From contig OZ024765.1 in NCBI GenBank assembly GCA_964016885.1, positions 8,494,001 to 8,558,000 of the forward strand: a stretch of DNA of 64,000 nt, given 5' to 3'. The notes under the pieces were generated by a model. The model was given only the letters and a program-made list of their open reading frames with translations. It ran no database searches and was not told the DNA's origin. Source of the stretch: Eledone cirrhosa (Eukaryota). Numbering within the stretch: position 1 is the first letter of the stretch; every line of letters starts with the position of its first letter. Below are positions 1 through 14,697 of this stretch, one piece after another. Position numbers and translations under genes: made by a program.

Positions 1-3000
1 ACTTCTTCACCTAACAATCACAATCCATACACATTACATGACACTTCTACACCTAATAATCACCATCCATACACATAACACGACACTTCTTCACCTAACA
101 ATCACCATCCATACACATCACATGACACTTCTACACCTAATAATCACCATCCATACACATCACACGACACTTCTTCACCTAACAATCACCATCCATACAC
201 ATCACATGACACTTCTACACCTAATAATCACCATCCATACACATCACACGACACTTCTTTACCTAACAATCACCATCCATACACATCACATGACACTTCT
301 ACACCTAACAATCACCATCCATACACATCACATGGCACTTGTTCACCTAACAATCACCATCCATACACATCACATGACACTTCTACACCTAACAATCACC
401 ATCCATACACATCACACGACACTTCTTCACCTAACAATCACCATCCATACACATCACATGACACTTCTACACCTAACAATCACTTTCCATTGGCATCGCA
501 TGGCACTTCTTCACCTAACAATCACCATCCATACACATCACACGACACTTCTTCACCTAACAATCACCATCCATACACATCACATGACACTTCTACACCT
601 AACAATCACTTTCCATTGGCATCGCATGGCATTTCTTCACCTAACAATCACCATCCATACACATCACACGACACTTCTTCACCTAACAATCACCATCCAT
701 ACACATCACACGACACTTCTACACCTAACAATCACTTTCCATTGGCATCGCATGGCACTTCTTCACCTAACAATCACCATCCATACACATCACACAACAC
801 TTCTTCACCTAACAATCACCATCCATACACATCACATGACACTTCTACACCTAACAATCACTTTCCATTGGCATCGCATGGCACTTCTTCACCTAACAAT
901 CACCATCCATACACATCACACGACACTTCTTCACCTAACAATCACCATCCATACACATCACACGACACTTCTTCACCTAACAATCACTTTCCATTGGCAT
1001 CGCATGGCACTTCTTCACCTAACAATCACTTTCCATTGGCATCGCATGGCACTTGTTCACCTAACAATCACCATCCATACACATCACGACACTTCTACGC
1101 CTAACAATCACCATCCATACACATCACACGACACTTCTTCACCTAACAATCACCATCCATACACATCACACGACACTTCTTCACCTAACAATCACCATCC
1201 ATACACATCACACTTCTACACCTAACAATCACTTTCCATTGGCATCGCATGGCACTTCTTCACCTAACAATCACCATCCATACACATCACACGACACTTC
1301 TTCACCTAACAATCACCATCCATACACATCACATGACACTTCTACACCTAACAATCACCATCCATACACATCACACGACACTTCTACACCTAACAATCAC
1401 TTTCCATTGGCATCGCATGGCACTTCTTCACCTAACAATCACCATCCATACACATCACACGACACTTCTTCACCTAACAATCACCATCCATACACATCAC
1501 ATGACACTTCTACACCTAACAATCACTTTTTATTGGCATCGCATGGCACTTCTTCACCTAACAATCACTTTCCATTGGCATCGCATGGCACTTCTTCACC
1601 TAACAATCACCATCCATACACATCACATGACACTTCTACACCTAACAATCACCATCCATACACATCACATGACACTTCTACACCTAACAATCACTTTCCA
1701 TTGGCATCGCATGGCACTTCTTCACCTAACAATCACCATCCATACACATCACACGACACTTCTTCACCTAACAATCACCATCCATACACATCACACGACA
1801 CTTCTACACCTAACAATCACTTTTCATTGGCATCACATGACACTTCTACACCTAACAATCACCATCCATACACATCACACGACACTTCTACACCTAACAA
1901 TCACCATCCATACACATCGCATGGCACTTCTTCACCTAACAATCACCATCCATACACATCACACGACACTTCTTCACCTAACAATCACCATCCATACACA
2001 TCACATGACACTTCTTCACCTAACAATCACCATCCATACACATCACACGACACTTCTACACCTAACAATCACCATCCATACACATCACACGACACTTCTA
2101 CACCTAACAATCACCATCCATACATATCACATGACACTTCTTCACCTAACAATCACCATCCATACACATCACACGACACTTCTTCACCTAACAATCACTA
2201 TCCATTGGCATCACGACACTTCTACACCTAACAATCACCATCCATACACATCAAACGACACTTCTACACCTAACAATCACCATCCATACACATCACACGA
2301 CACTTCTTCACCTAACAATCACCATCCATACACATCACACGACACTTCTTCACCTAACAATCACCATCCATACACATCACACGACACTTCTACACCTAAC
2401 AATCACCATCCATACACATCACGACACTTCTTCACCTAACAATCACCATCCATACACATCACATGACACTTTACACCTAACAATCACCATCCATACACAT
2501 CACACTTCTACACCTAACAATCACCATCCATACACATCACATGGCACTTCTTCACCTAACAATCACCATCCATACACATCACGACACTTCTTCACCTAAC
2601 AATCACCATCCATACACATCACGACACTTCTTCACCTAACAATCACCATCCATACACATCACGACACTTCTTCACCTAACAATCACCATCCATACACATC
2701 ACACGACACCTAACAATCACCATCCATACACATCACATCACACTTCTTCACCTAACAATCACCATCCATACACATCACACGACACTTCTTCACCTAACAA
2801 TCACCATCCATACACATCACACGACACTTCTACACCTAACAATCACCATCCATACACATCACACTTCTACACCTAACAATCACCATCCATACACATCACA
2901 TGGCACTTCTACACCTAACAATCACCATCCATACACATCACATGGCACTTCTTCACCTAACAATCACCATCCATACACATCACGCCACTTCTTCACCTAA

Positions 3001-4763
3001 CAATCACCATCCATACACATCACACGACACTTCTACACCTAACAATCACCATCCATACACATCACACGACACTTCTACACCTAACAATCACCATCCATAC
3101 ACATCACACGACACTTCTACACCTAACAATCACCATCCATACACATCAAACGACACTTCTACACCTAACAATCACCATCCATACACATCACACGACACTT
3201 CTTCACCTCACAATCACCATCCATACACATCACACGACACTTCTTCACCTAACAATCACCATCCATACACATCACATGACACTTCTTCATCTAACAATCA
3301 CCATCCATACACATCACATGACACTTTACACCTAACAATCACCATCCATACACATCACACTTCTACACCTAACAATCACCATCCATACACATCACACGAC
3401 TTCTTCACCTAACAATCACCATCCATACACATCACACGACACTTCTTCACCTAACAATCACCATCCATACACATCACATGACACTTCTTCACCTAACAAT
3501 CACCATCCATACACATCACACGACACTTCTACACCTAACAATCACCATCCATACACATCACACGACACTTCTACACCTAACAATCACCATCCATACACAT
3601 CACACGACACTTCTTCACCTAACAATCACCATCCATACACATCACGACACTTCTTCACCTAACAATCACCATCCATACACATCACACGACACTTCTTCAC
3701 CTAACAATCACTATCCATTGGCATCACGACACTTCTACACCTAACAATCACCATCCATACACATCAAACGACACTTCTACACCTAACAATCACCATCCAT
3801 ACACATCACACGACACTTCTTCACCTCACAATCACCATCCATACACATCACACGACACTTCTTCACCTAACAATCACCATCCATACACATCACACGACAC
3901 TTCTACACCTAACAATCACCATCCATACACATCACATGACACTTCTTCACCTAACAATCACCATCCATACAAATCACATGACACTTTACACCTAACAATC
4001 ACCATCCATACACATCACACTTCTACACCTAACAATCACCATCCATACACATCACATGACACTTCTTCACCTAACAATCACCATCCATACACATCACGAC
4101 ACTTCTTCACCTAACAATCACCATCCATACACATCACGACACTTCTTCACCTAACAATCACCATCCATACACATCACACGACACCTAACAATCACCATCC
4201 ATACACATCACATGGCACTTCTACACCTAACAATCACCATCCATACACATCACTTCTTCACCTAACAATCACCATCCATACACATCACACGACACTTCTA
4301 CACCTAACAATCACCATCCATACACATCACGACACTTCTACACCTAACAATCACCATCCATACACATCACACGACACTTCTTCACCTAACAATCACCATC
4401 CATACACATCACGACACTTCTTCACCTAACAATCACCATCCATACACATCACACGACACTTCTACACCTAACAATCACCATCCATACACATCACACGACA
4501 CTTCTACACCTAACAATCACCATCCATACACATCACACGACACTTCTACACCTAACAATCACCATCCATACACATCACACGACACTTCTACACCTAACAA
4601 TCACCATCCATACACATCACACGACACTTCTACACCTAACAATCACCATCCATACACATCACTTCTTCACCTAACAATCACCATCCATACACATCACACT
4701 TCTACACCTAACAATCACCATCCATACACATCACACTTCTACACCTAACAATCACCATCCATA
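1..4763. repeat. 42-bp minisatellite (more than 110 units, runs off the window start)
   Basis: Unit acttcttcacctaacaatcaccatccatacacatcacacgac. The variant tttccattggcatcgcatgg recurs about every third unit in 480-1850. Confidence 0.97.
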
Positions 4764-4870
4764 CCAATGCAGTCATCTCTCCTACACACAATGCCTGGTT
4801 CCTGTTATACCCAGTTTTTCTCTCCCAGTTCATTCACACCCATTCTTTCAGGTATATTAACATTGTAACT

Positions 4871-5920
4871 CCGACCTCACACACTTACACCTCTCCAAGA
4901 CAATGTCACTGGACCGAGACCTTTGGCGGTACTCAGTAATAGAGAAGACCCGCGTTACCTAAATACAAAGTAAAACCTACTACAGACTTCTGGCATCTCT
5001 AACAAAATACACCCCCCGTCCCACCACCCCCACCCCATCCACACCGCCCCTTTCAATGTAAAGTTATGTTGGTGCCAGAAAATCCAGGCCGAAACAAATG
5101 AGATCGTGTAGGTGTCACGACAAAAAAAAACACACAGTCCACGCTGTAATGTGGCCGTGTAGGCAACACGGTAAAAACGTCCCAGTTCCACACTGTAAAT
5201 GTGGTTGGTGTTAGGAAGGGCATCCAGCTGTAGAAAACACGCCAGACAGTCCACGCTGTAATGTGGCCGTGTAGGCAACACGGTAAAAACCTCCCAGCCC
5301 CACACTGTAAATGTGGTTGGTGTTAGGAAGGGCATCCAGCTGTAGAAAACACGCCAGACAGTCCACGCTGTAATGTGGCCGTGTAGGCAACACGGTAAAA
5401 ACCTCCCAGCCCCACACTGTAAATGTGGTTGGTGTTAGGAAGGGCATCCAGCTGTAGAAAACACGCCAGACAGTCCACGCTGTAATGTGGCCGTGTAGGC
5501 AACACGGTAAAAACCTCCCAGCCCCACACTGTAAATGTGGTTGGTGTTAGGAAGGGCATCCAGCTGTAGAAAACACGCCAGACAGTCCACGCTGTAATGT
5601 GGCCGTGTAGGCAACACGGTAAAAACGTCCCAGTTCCACACTGTAAATGTGGTTGGTGTTAGGAAGGGCATCCAGCTGTAGAAAACACGCCAGACAGTCC
5701 ACGCTGTAATGTGGCCGTGTAGGCAACACGGTAAAAACCTCCCAGCCCCACACTGTAAATGTGGTTGGTGTTAGGAAGGGCATCCAACTGTAGAAAACCC
5801 GCCAGATAGTCCTATGCGAGCAAGACAACCACTCTTGCCTCAAGTGGGAAAACTCCCGTCCAAACCCATGCAAGCATGGAACACGGACGTTAAACGATGA
5901 TGATGATGATGATGATGATG
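4871..5920 (+). mobile_element. SINE-like element, family A, with (GAT)n tail and internal 112-bp unit expanded about 6 times
   Basis: Shared body ggtgttaggaagggcatccagctgtagaaa and tail ggacgttaaacgatgatgat. Other copies at 8899-9627, 13490-13731, 21772-22177, 26234-26720, 43170-43487, 46540-46821 and 48930-49315. Confidence 0.8.
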
Positions 5921-6201
5921 TACATCAAATAGAGCATGCTTGCTTCATTCCTCTCCAGTTCAAGACTCCTTCCTGGATAGGACACTAGTCTATTGCAGGG
6001 TTAAACTCCCAGCTATTACTGGTACTCATATTCAGCTGAGTATACTGGAGCAACTGGAAATGAAGTGTTTTGCTCAAGAACACAACAAACAACCCAGTCC
6101 AGGAATCGAACACACAACATTATGATCATAAATCCAACACCCTTACCACTTGGCCACACAACTTTGAATATATACAGTAATTTAATGAACAAAACAAAAT
6201 G

Positions 6202-6248
6202 TTTATTAGCACCAGAGGTATCTTTATTAGCAAAATAAGTTGTTTATT
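6202..6248 (-). promoter_or_regulatory. Candidate ESD polyadenylation signals (three AATAAA on the minus strand)
   Basis: TTTATT on the plus strand at about 6202, 6223 and 6243, roughly 340-380 nt past the ESD stop. Confidence 0.45.
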
Positions 6249-6360
6249 AACATCACATACTTTAATTACTTTTCAAAAATGTTACAGGTGAACTTCAAAG
6301 TACTGTAAACAGGTAAAAGGTGAAAAAAAAAAAAAGGGGGGGACAGTCAACAGGTGTTAA

Positions 6361-6568
6361 CACTTTAGCATTTAAAGCAGCAATATACGCCCACAATTCT
6401 CTCATTTCTTTCTGTTCAAACTGGCTGTAATCAGCCACTCATACTGATGTTAAGGTATTGTTCTCAAAATAAATAATATCAAAATCTCATAGATTCGATA
6501 TTATGTGAGGTAAAGCCTTTACCGTGAAAATACAATAGTATATATAGAGTAATGTAAATGCTAAAGGG
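6361..6568. mobile_element. piggyBac-like MITE in the ESD 3' UTR (single copy of the satellite precursor)
   Basis: TTAA-cactttagcattta ... taaatgctaaaggg-TT terminal inverted repeats. Confidence 0.65.
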
Positions 6569-6582
6569 TTGCTGTTCCTTTT

Positions 6583-6660
6583 TCAGTTGAGATACTTTGC
6601 GTGATATTTTATGTGGTCCCCAACAAAAGTTGCAATGAAATAATAGCTGTGGTCATATCC
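6583..6660 (-). CDS. ESD: ESD coding exon 9 ([25 protein letters not shown])
   Basis: AG acceptor, catalytic His motif GYDHSYYFI and TGA stop. The nine exons sum to 849 nt, or 282 aa plus stop. Confidence 0.96.
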   Translation of the reverse strand, partial: GYDHSYYFIATFVGDHIKYHAKYLN

Positions 6661-7412
6661 CTGGAAATTAAAACAGATATTTTAGTATGGACATTAAAGG
6701 ATAATTAGTAGTGGATTAACCAAGTCGGTAGAGTATCAGACAACATGCTTTGTGGTATTTAGTTACAGTTCTTTACATTCTGAGTTTAATTTCTGCTAAG
6801 GTTATAGCTTTGCCTTTCATCCTTACGGGGTCGATAAAATAAAGTACCAGTAATACACTGGAGACATTTGACATCTAAATCGGCCGAATCCGGCCAAAAT
6901 TCTCTCACCTCTTTATGTTCAAACTATCTGTAACTGACTGCTCATACTTATGTTAAGGTATTGTGTCAAAATAAATAATATCAAAATCTCTTACCTTCAA
7001 TATCATGTGAGATAATTAGGAGGTAATTATGTGAGGCAAAGCCTCACAATATTATAATATTATATAATTGTTTCTACTTTAGGCACAAGGCCAGCAATTA
7101 CCCAGTGCATTACTGGTACTTTATTTTATCGACCCCGTAAGGATGAAAGGCAAAGTCAATAATAATATATAAAAAGTAATGTAAATGTTAAAGGGTTAAT
7201 CAACACTCTGCTTCAAATTGCCGGCCTTGTGCTTGCTTCGTGGCTGAGAGTTACAGCCCTTTACATTCTGAGTTTAATTCCTGCCAAGTTAACTTTGCCT
7301 TATGGGGTAAATAAAATAAAGTACCAGTAACATACTGTTGTCGATCTAACCAACTTTCCTCTCCCTCCAAATTGTGCCAAGAGTAGAAATCATCATTATT
7401 ATTATTACTAGC

Positions 7413-7605
7413 AGTAGGCGGTGGATTGGCAGTATCGGCAGAGGGTCGGATGTCATGCTTTGACGCATAGAGTTACGGCCCTTGCCATTCTGAGTTCAAA
7501 TCCCGCCGAGGTTAACTTTGCCTTTCATCCTTACGGGGTCGATAAAATAAAGTACCAGTAATTCACTGGGTAATTGCTGGCCTTGTGCCAAAAGTAGAAA
7601 CAATT
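7413..7605 (+). mobile_element. tRNA-derived SINE, family B
   Basis: A-box-like TGGCAGTATCGG, B-box GAGTTCAAATCCC and body aactttgcctttcatccttacggggtcgataaaataaagtaccag. More than 12 copies or fragments (e.g. 8120, 8520, 16040, 20370, 27290-27825, 38685, 42515, 51200, 61668). Confidence 0.8.
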
Positions 7606-8762
7606 ATATATATATATACTGGACAAAAAACCCCCCTTGGGGTGGTTTTCTGCTAGCATGTGTAGTGTGTATATTGATATTATACGTAAATATACATGTA
7701 GATATGGTACATCAAATAACATCGTAATTTACAATATACACAGAAATTGAAGAGAGACTGTGTTACACTGTCTTCTGTAATCAGTAAAGTCATCCATGAT
7801 ACATTAAAAAACGACAATATTATATATAAACCTCATATATAATAAACTAAAATGTTATAAAAATGAAAAAGGAAAAATTAGCGACAGAAATATAAGCATT
7901 ATATAATGATGCAAATATATGAATGTTTATATAAGCAATGTAATAAGTGTTATGATATAACGGACTCTAACCGGAAATGTTGAGATTTGAAAATTTTAAA
8001 GAAGTGAATCTTAAAATAAGCAATACGTTACTTATATATAAGAATATTTATGTTTAATAAAGAGCTACGAAATTTAGTAGATAAATTATGTAATATTCAT
8101 TCATTATTTATTCAAATTAATTCAAATCCCGCCAAGGTTGACTTTGCCTTTCATCCTTACGGGGTCGATAAAATAAAGTACCAGTAATGCACTGGGTAAT
8201 TTGCTGGCCTTGTGCCTAAAGTAGAAACAATTATTTATTCAAATTAATCCAACTTATTTTATGATGATAATGGTGGCAGCCATGTTTATCTTGTAGGCTT
8301 ATTACCAAACTATGATCATAGCCAGAATAACTTTAATAATCATAGATGTGGTGGTTCGGGCTAACCTAGGGTTAAATAATTGTTTTACTTTTGGCAAAAG
8401 GCCAGCAATTACCCGTGTATTACTGGTTCTTTATTTTATCGCTCCTGTAATAATTATTTCTACTTTTGGTAAAAGGCCAGCAATTACCCCAGTGTATCAC
8501 TGGCTCTTTATTTTATCGATCCTGTAATAATTGTTTCTACTTTTGGCACAAGGCCAGCAGTTACCCCCAGTGTATTACTGGTATTTTATTTTATTGATGA
8601 AAGATGAAAGGCAAAGTTAACCTTGGCAGGATTTAAACTCAGAATTTAAAGGGCCATAACTCTGAACAGCTAAGTATGTTGTCTGACGCTCTACCAATTC
8701 TGCCAATCCAGGGTTAAATAATAATAATAATAATAACAGCAACAGTAATTTCCAGACCTTAC

Positions 8763-8864
8763 CTCTGGCTTCTGAACATCAACTTTAACATTCTTCTCAG
8801 CACAAACTTTCTCCAATTCCTCAACACGTAACTGCCCTTTCTTCAGGAAATCATCAGCTAAACC
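8763..8864 (-). CDS. ESD: ESD coding exon 8 (GLADDFLKKGQLRVEELEKVCAEKNVKVDVQKPE)
   Basis: 102-nt phase-0 exon with AG/GTAAG boundaries. GxxDxFL...GQL catalytic Asp region. Confidence 0.92.
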
Positions 8865-8898
8865 CTACAAAATATATTACACATATATATATATATAT

Positions 8899-9627
8899 CA
8901 TCATCATCATCATCATCGTCGTTTAACGTCCATGTTCCACGCTTGCATGGGTTTGGACGGGGGTTTTCCCACTTGAGGCAAGAGTGATTGTCTTGCTCGC
9001 ATAGGACTGTCTGGCGGGTTTTCTACAGTTGGATGCCCTTCCTAACACCAACCACATTTACAGTGTGGGGCTGGGAGGTTTTTACCATGTTGCCTACACG
9101 GCCACATTACAGCGTGGATTGTCTGGCGGGTTTTCTACAGCTGGATGCCCTTCCTAACACCAACCACATTTACAGTGTGGGGCTGGGAGGTTTTTACCGT
9201 GTTGCCTACACGGCCACATTACAGCGTGGACTGTCTGGCGGGTTTTCTACAGCTGCATGCCCTTCCTAACACTAACCACATTTACAGTGTGGGACTGGGA
9301 GGTTTTTACCGTGTTGCCTACACGGTCACATTACAGCGTGGACTGTGTGTTTTTTTTTGTCGTGACACCTACACGATCTCATTTGTTTCGGCCTGGATGT
9401 TGTGGCACCAACATAACTTTACATTGAAAGGGGCGGTGTGGATGGGGGGGGGGGGGGGGGGGGGGTATTTTGTTAGAGATGCCTACTGACTGTAGTAGGT
9501 TTTACTTTGTATTTAGGTAAGGCGGGTCTTCTCTATTACTGAGTCCCGCCAAAGGTCTCGGTCCAGTGACATTGTCTTGGAGAGGTGTAAGTGTGTGAGG
9601 TCGGAATTTATCAGCTCGTCCCAGGGT
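8899..9627 (-). mobile_element. SINE-like family A copy (3 internal 112-bp units)
   Basis: Reverse complement of 4871-5920. Confidence 0.8.
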
Positions 9628-9796
9628 TTCTATATATATAGAAATATAACAAAGGAAGTGTGGTAAGGAACCAGGTGGACCATAACGCACCAGAGAACTC
9701 AATACTTAGGGTAGTAGAGTGGGTAATTGGGGTCCTGAAACTTTTCCTATATACTCTTTTATCTGTTCCAGTCATCCGGCTGAGGCCATGCTGGGA

Positions 9797-9857
9797 TATA
9801 TATATATAATATATATATATATATATTATATATATATATAAATATATATATATAAAT

Positions 9858-9889
<32 letters not shown>

Positions 9890-10059
9890 TTATATAAATA
9901 TATATATATATTTATATATATATATTTATATATATATATAATATATATATATATATATTATATATATATATAATATATATATATATATATTATATATATA
10001 AATATATATAAATATATATATAAATATATATAAATATATATATATTATATATATATTAT

Positions 10060-10156
<97 letters not shown>

Positions 10157-10157
10157 A
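9797..10157. repeat. (TA)n-based microsatellite; similar tracts at 31300-32450, 49780-50370, 57700-58400, 60580-61140 and 62300-62850
   Basis: Direct inspection. Confidence 0.95.
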
Positions 10158-10606
10158 AATATTAAACAAATAATGAACAAACAATTCCTTATATTAAACA
10201 AAAAAAGTTCACTATTTAACGATCGTTTCTAGGGTATATATGTGTTATAATTGGTATGCATATTCAACAGATCTATGTACAAAATTATACAAAATTATAC
10301 AAATTATCAAGATTAAATATACATACCTAACACATATATACGCCGTCTTCAGAAATAATGAAGTATATTTATTGATAATAACAACAATTCAAAATATCAG
10401 TTCAAAATTGACCAATGAAAACACAAAGGGTTAAAAGCAGTTCGGTGTGTGTATATACATGTAAAATCCTTACACAATCCTTAAAGTGGATTTTCATTAC
10501 ATCTCTTCTTTCCATGATATCCGGAATACATTGAGTTCTTCATACGGATTGGACACTACCGTAAACTCTTGGTAGATTTATCTACATATATATATATATA
10601 TATATA

Positions 10607-10642
<36 letters not shown>

Positions 10643-10721
10643 AATATATATATATAAATATATATAAATATATATATATAAATATATATAAATATATATA
10701 TTTATAAATATATATATTTAT

Positions 10722-11541
10722 CATCATCATCATCATCATCATCACCGTTTTACGTCCGTTCTTCCACGCTAGCATGGGTTAGACGGGTTGTCCTGTTGTG
10801 GGCAGCGTCTGGTCAGCTGACCATGCCTTGCTCATACAGTGTCATGCGCATCACGTGGCCATACCAACGTAGTCTTCTCTCAAGTAAACAGCATCTGATC
10901 CCTCTTATTCCTAATTTCTCACTTAGTTCATTTATGCTTTGCCGTTCACGTATATTACTATTACACATCCAACGGAGCATGCATGCTTCGTTCCTTTCCA
11001 GTCTGCACAGGTCCTCTGCACGTAATGCCCATGTCTCATTGCCATGTAGCATTGCTGTTCATATACAGGCATCATACAATCTGCCTTTCATTTTTAGAGA
11101 GAAACCTTTTGTGGCCAACAGCGGTATAAGCTCTCTGAACTTTTTCCATCCCGTTCTGACTCTAGCTACTGTACTTTCAGAACACCCTCCACCACTGCTG
11201 ATTTCGTCACCCAGGTAACGGAAAATGTCTACTATTTCTATAGAACCATCTGGGCAATAGAAGGAGCTAGTATCATGTGGACACTTGCTACTTATTGCAC
11301 CTGAGCATCGGCCACATATAAAGTCTACCTTCTTAGATAGTTTACCTGTGATCCCACTACATCTTTTATGTATCCATAATTTGTATTTGGGACATAAAAT
11401 TGAATTTCTGCCTACTCCTTTCCTACACACTGAGCATGGCCATTTCCCTGAGGGTACCTGTGCCTTATTTTCCTTTCTACAAACTAGGACTTTAGTCTTA
11501 GACAAGTTAACTTTAAGGCCTTTTGATTCTAGGCCATGCTT
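10722..11541 (-). mobile_element. RTE-clade LINE 3' fragment with Cys-rich (PHD-like) insert and (GAT)n tail
   Basis: ORFs give KTKVL..CSVCRKGVGRNSILC..WIHKRC..CGRC..FRYLGD..LHGNETW..RRLRWYGHVMRM. Confidence 0.85.
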
Positions 11542-11704
11542 CCATATATATATATATAAATATATATATTTATATATATATATAAATTTTATATATATAT
11601 ATATATATATATACAGTATGTGTGTGTGTGTTACAGAAAGTGTGTGTGTGTTACAGAAAGTGTGTGCATATGTTTGTGAAGTAATTAGAAATATATTTAA
11701 TTAC

Positions 11705-11770
11705 CTGGTGAACGAGGATATTGTCAAATTTACAGCCATTCTTCTTGATTAAACTACAGGTATCATGTGC
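11705..11770 (-). CDS. ESD: ESD coding exon 7 (AHDTCSLIKKNGCKFDNILVHQ)
   Basis: 66-nt phase-0 exon with AG/GT boundaries. Aligns to the ESD segment AYDATHLV...DILIDQ. Confidence 0.88.
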
Positions 11771-11806
11771 CTAATAAACAAATAAATATATATAAATATT
11801 ATTTTG

Positions 11807-12560
11807 AGAGATCACAGCTCCAATACTATGGACATGTGGTTAGAATGTCTCAGAAAAGAATCACTGGATTGAGAGATCACAGCTCCAATACTATGGACAT
11901 GTGGTTAGAATGTCTCAGGAAAGAATCACTGGACAGATTTGTAGCTCGGAGATCAGAGAGTCACTCCAAGTAGAGCTACTACTTCTCTGAATTGAGAGAT
12001 CACAGCTCTGATACTATGGACATGTGGTTAGAATGTCTCAGGAAAGAATCACTGGACAGATTTGTAGCTCGGAGATCAGAGAGTCACTCCAAGTAGAGCT
12101 ACTACTTCTCTGAATTGAGAGATCACAGCTCTGATACTTTGGACATGTGGTTAGAATGTCTCAGGAAAGAATCACTGGACAGATTTGTAGCTCGGAGATC
12201 AGAGAGTCACTCCAAGTAGAGCTACTACTTCTCTGAATTGAGAGATCACAGCTCTGATATTACAGACATGTGGTTAGAATGTCCCAGGAAAGAATCTCTG
12301 AATTGATAGATCACTGCTCTGATACTATGGACATGTGGTTAGAATGTCTCAGGAAAGAATCACTGGACAGATTTGTAGCTCGGAGATCAGAGAGTTACTC
12401 CAAGTAGAGCAGCTACTTCTTGGAATTGAGAGATCTCAGCTGATACTACAGACATGTGGTTAGAATGTCTCAGAAAAGAATCACTGGATTGAGAGATCAC
12501 AGCTCTGATACTATGGACATGAGTTTAGAATGTCTCAGGAAAGAATCACTGGACAGATTT
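11807..12560 (+). repeat. 123-bp (with 65-bp subunit) tandem repeat from a LINE fragment (ERSQL-YYGHVVRM); related copy at 20995-21240
   Basis: gagagatcacagctc recurs at 11871, 11994, 12117 and 12240. Confidence 0.85.
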
Positions 12561-12694
12561 TATGGGCAAAAAGCAGCCAGGAGCCCCAGGGTTGTCCCCA
12601 AAGAAAGATGGTTGGATAACATCCATGAGCTTGACTGGTCTCCCTTGGATATCATCAGAAAGCTGAGTAAAAACAAACAGATATAAATACTTAC

Positions 12695-12848
12695 ATGCCA
12701 GTCCTCCTCGTTGTCACCAAGGTAACCTTTGAAGGCCTTTTTACCCCAGTCACAGTTGACTGGATTGCAGATCGGGGAAAATGCACTGACGGACTTATAC
12801 TCCGTTGGGTTCTTTAAGGCAATTGTCAGGGCTCCATGGCCTCCCATG
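12695..12848 (-). CDS. ESD: ESD coding exon 6 ([52 protein letters not shown])
   Basis: AG/GTAAGT boundaries. MGGHGAL, SVSAF-PI and WGKKAF motifs. Confidence 0.96.
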
Positions 12849-13740
12849 CTGGTAGATAAAGAAGGAATAATATTAGAGTATATAGTTTAGTTAAGGGAGG
12901 AAAGGGCTGGCTCCCTCTATCCCATGATTCCTTATTTAGGGTTTCTATGACTAGGGACAGCATTTATGTCACTTTTTCATGGAAGAAGGGTTTTCATAAT
13001 ATCAGATGAAGGAGAAAGATATATACATTGATCCAGCAGACAAAAAAAAATAAAAACCCTTCACCACACTGCCGCTCTCGGATGTGGGAAGACAGAAAAG
13101 ATATTTTTGCATATTCTCAATTGTTGTGCTCATAGTTTTTGGCAGTAGTATATATACTGGTTGGATGCCCTTCCTAACACCAGCACCACTTTACAGCATG
13201 GACCGGGTGTTTTTATTTGTGCCACTAGCATATATAACATATAATATAATATATATAATATATATGTATATAATACTAGCAGTGGTACCCGGCATTGCAT
13301 GGGATAAGGTATTTTGGAACGCGGGCCGCCAACAGACCTAATCGTGGAAAAACTGCATGCCTGGACAATATGTAAAGAAAATAAACCGAATACTCTAATG
13401 GCTGGATAATCTTTAAGATTTTCCTCGATGAAGCAGGAAAAAGGCAGGTTTTCACCTCATGCGGGCCCTAGAGGATCAAGAAAATGAATTTTTACCGTGT
13501 TGCCTACACGGCCACATTACAGCGTGGACTGTGTGTTTTTTTGTCGTGACACCTACACGATCTCATTTGTTTCGGCCTGGATGGTGTGGCACCAACATAA
13601 CTTTACATAGGAGGGGGTGGTGTGGATGGGGTGGGGTGGGTGGGACGGGGGTGTATTTTGTTAGAGATGCCTACTGGCTGTAGTAGGTTTTACTATGTAT
13701 TTAGGTAAGGCGGGTCTTCTCTATTACTGAGTATATATAT

Positions 13741-13912
13741 AATTAGAAAGTGAACAACACAAAATATAACTACTCCATTACCAAAGGTTTCAGGGTCCCA
13801 GACAATATTAATATACGTCTGGATCGGTCATCAGATATATATTAATATTGTCTGGGACCCAGAAACCTTTGGTAATGGAGTAGTTATATTTTATGTTGTT
13901 CACTTTGTAATT
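13741..13912. mobile_element. Fold-back inverted-repeat element next to (TA)n, with hammerhead-like core on the minus strand
   Basis: Near-identical inverted arms of about 75 bp, CTGATGA at 13834-13828 and GAAACCTTTGGTA in both arms. A related tail lies at about 31005-31200. Confidence 0.65.
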
Positions 13913-14317
13913 AAATACCTCTGTTCTATACATAGAGCACTCTTTTTTCCTTTGCTTTTCCTTCGGAATTACCTAACATATATATATATATATATATATA
14001 GATGAGAGTCTACAGGACTAGAACTGTTTCATTCTTTAGAAATCATCAGGAATCTGGGTATCAAAAAATAAGTATGGTATTTATAGGTCTCTTCAGGTGG
14101 TAGGAGAGGGTAGGGAGTGGGATGGGTGTAGGTCATTGGTTGATAGAAAAGGGAATTCATTAAAAGCTAATTCTTCAAAGCTATAGTTTATATTTAGAGT
14201 AACAAAGGCAGAAAGAATTCTATAAACAAGTTATATATATATATATATAAACATATATATGTATAAAGACAGAAAAAAATGAAAATAAAACCAAAGAATA
14301 GTATCCAACCCACTTAC

Positions 14318-14382
14318 CTATGACCAAATATGGACTTCTTGTTTGGTAAAACTGGAAAGTTGGATTCTATCAATTTGGGCAG
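14318..14382 (-). CDS. ESD: ESD coding exon 5 (LPKLIESNFPVLPNKKSIFGH-S)
   Basis: AG/GTAAGT boundaries. Supplies the first half of the GHSMGG nucleophile elbow, with the Ser codon split across the intron. Confidence 0.95.
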
Positions 14383-14697
14383 CTGAAAAATGAAGAAATA
14401 TTTGGTTAGATTAGAAAGTGCATGAGAGGAGTTTGTGTTGGTATGGACATGTCATACATAAGAAGGATGACAGTTGTATAAAAAGATGCAGCGCACTCAA
14501 AGTTGATGGAAGGCTTGAAGTGGGGAGACCCAAGAAGACCTGGGATGAGGTGATGACAACTGACCTTGCCTAATTGCATCTCTCGAAGGCGATGACACAG
14601 GACCGAGACCTCTGGTGTTACGCAGTAACACAGAAGACCTGAGTTCCCACAGGTATAAGCCGAAGCTGAAACATATAGACAGTATCGCCTACCCCCT

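Noticed and set aside
38-3744. Long His/Thr-rich ORFs (up to 396 aa)
   Set aside because: They are translations of a 42-bp minisatellite open in several frames, with frequent frameshifting indels and no splice or domain evidence.
8309-8323. GYDHS-encoding stretch in ESD intron 8 (possible alternative last exon)
   Set aside because: There is no in-frame AG acceptor, an in-frame TAA lies just upstream and the downstream residues do not resemble ESD. The true exon is 6583-6660.
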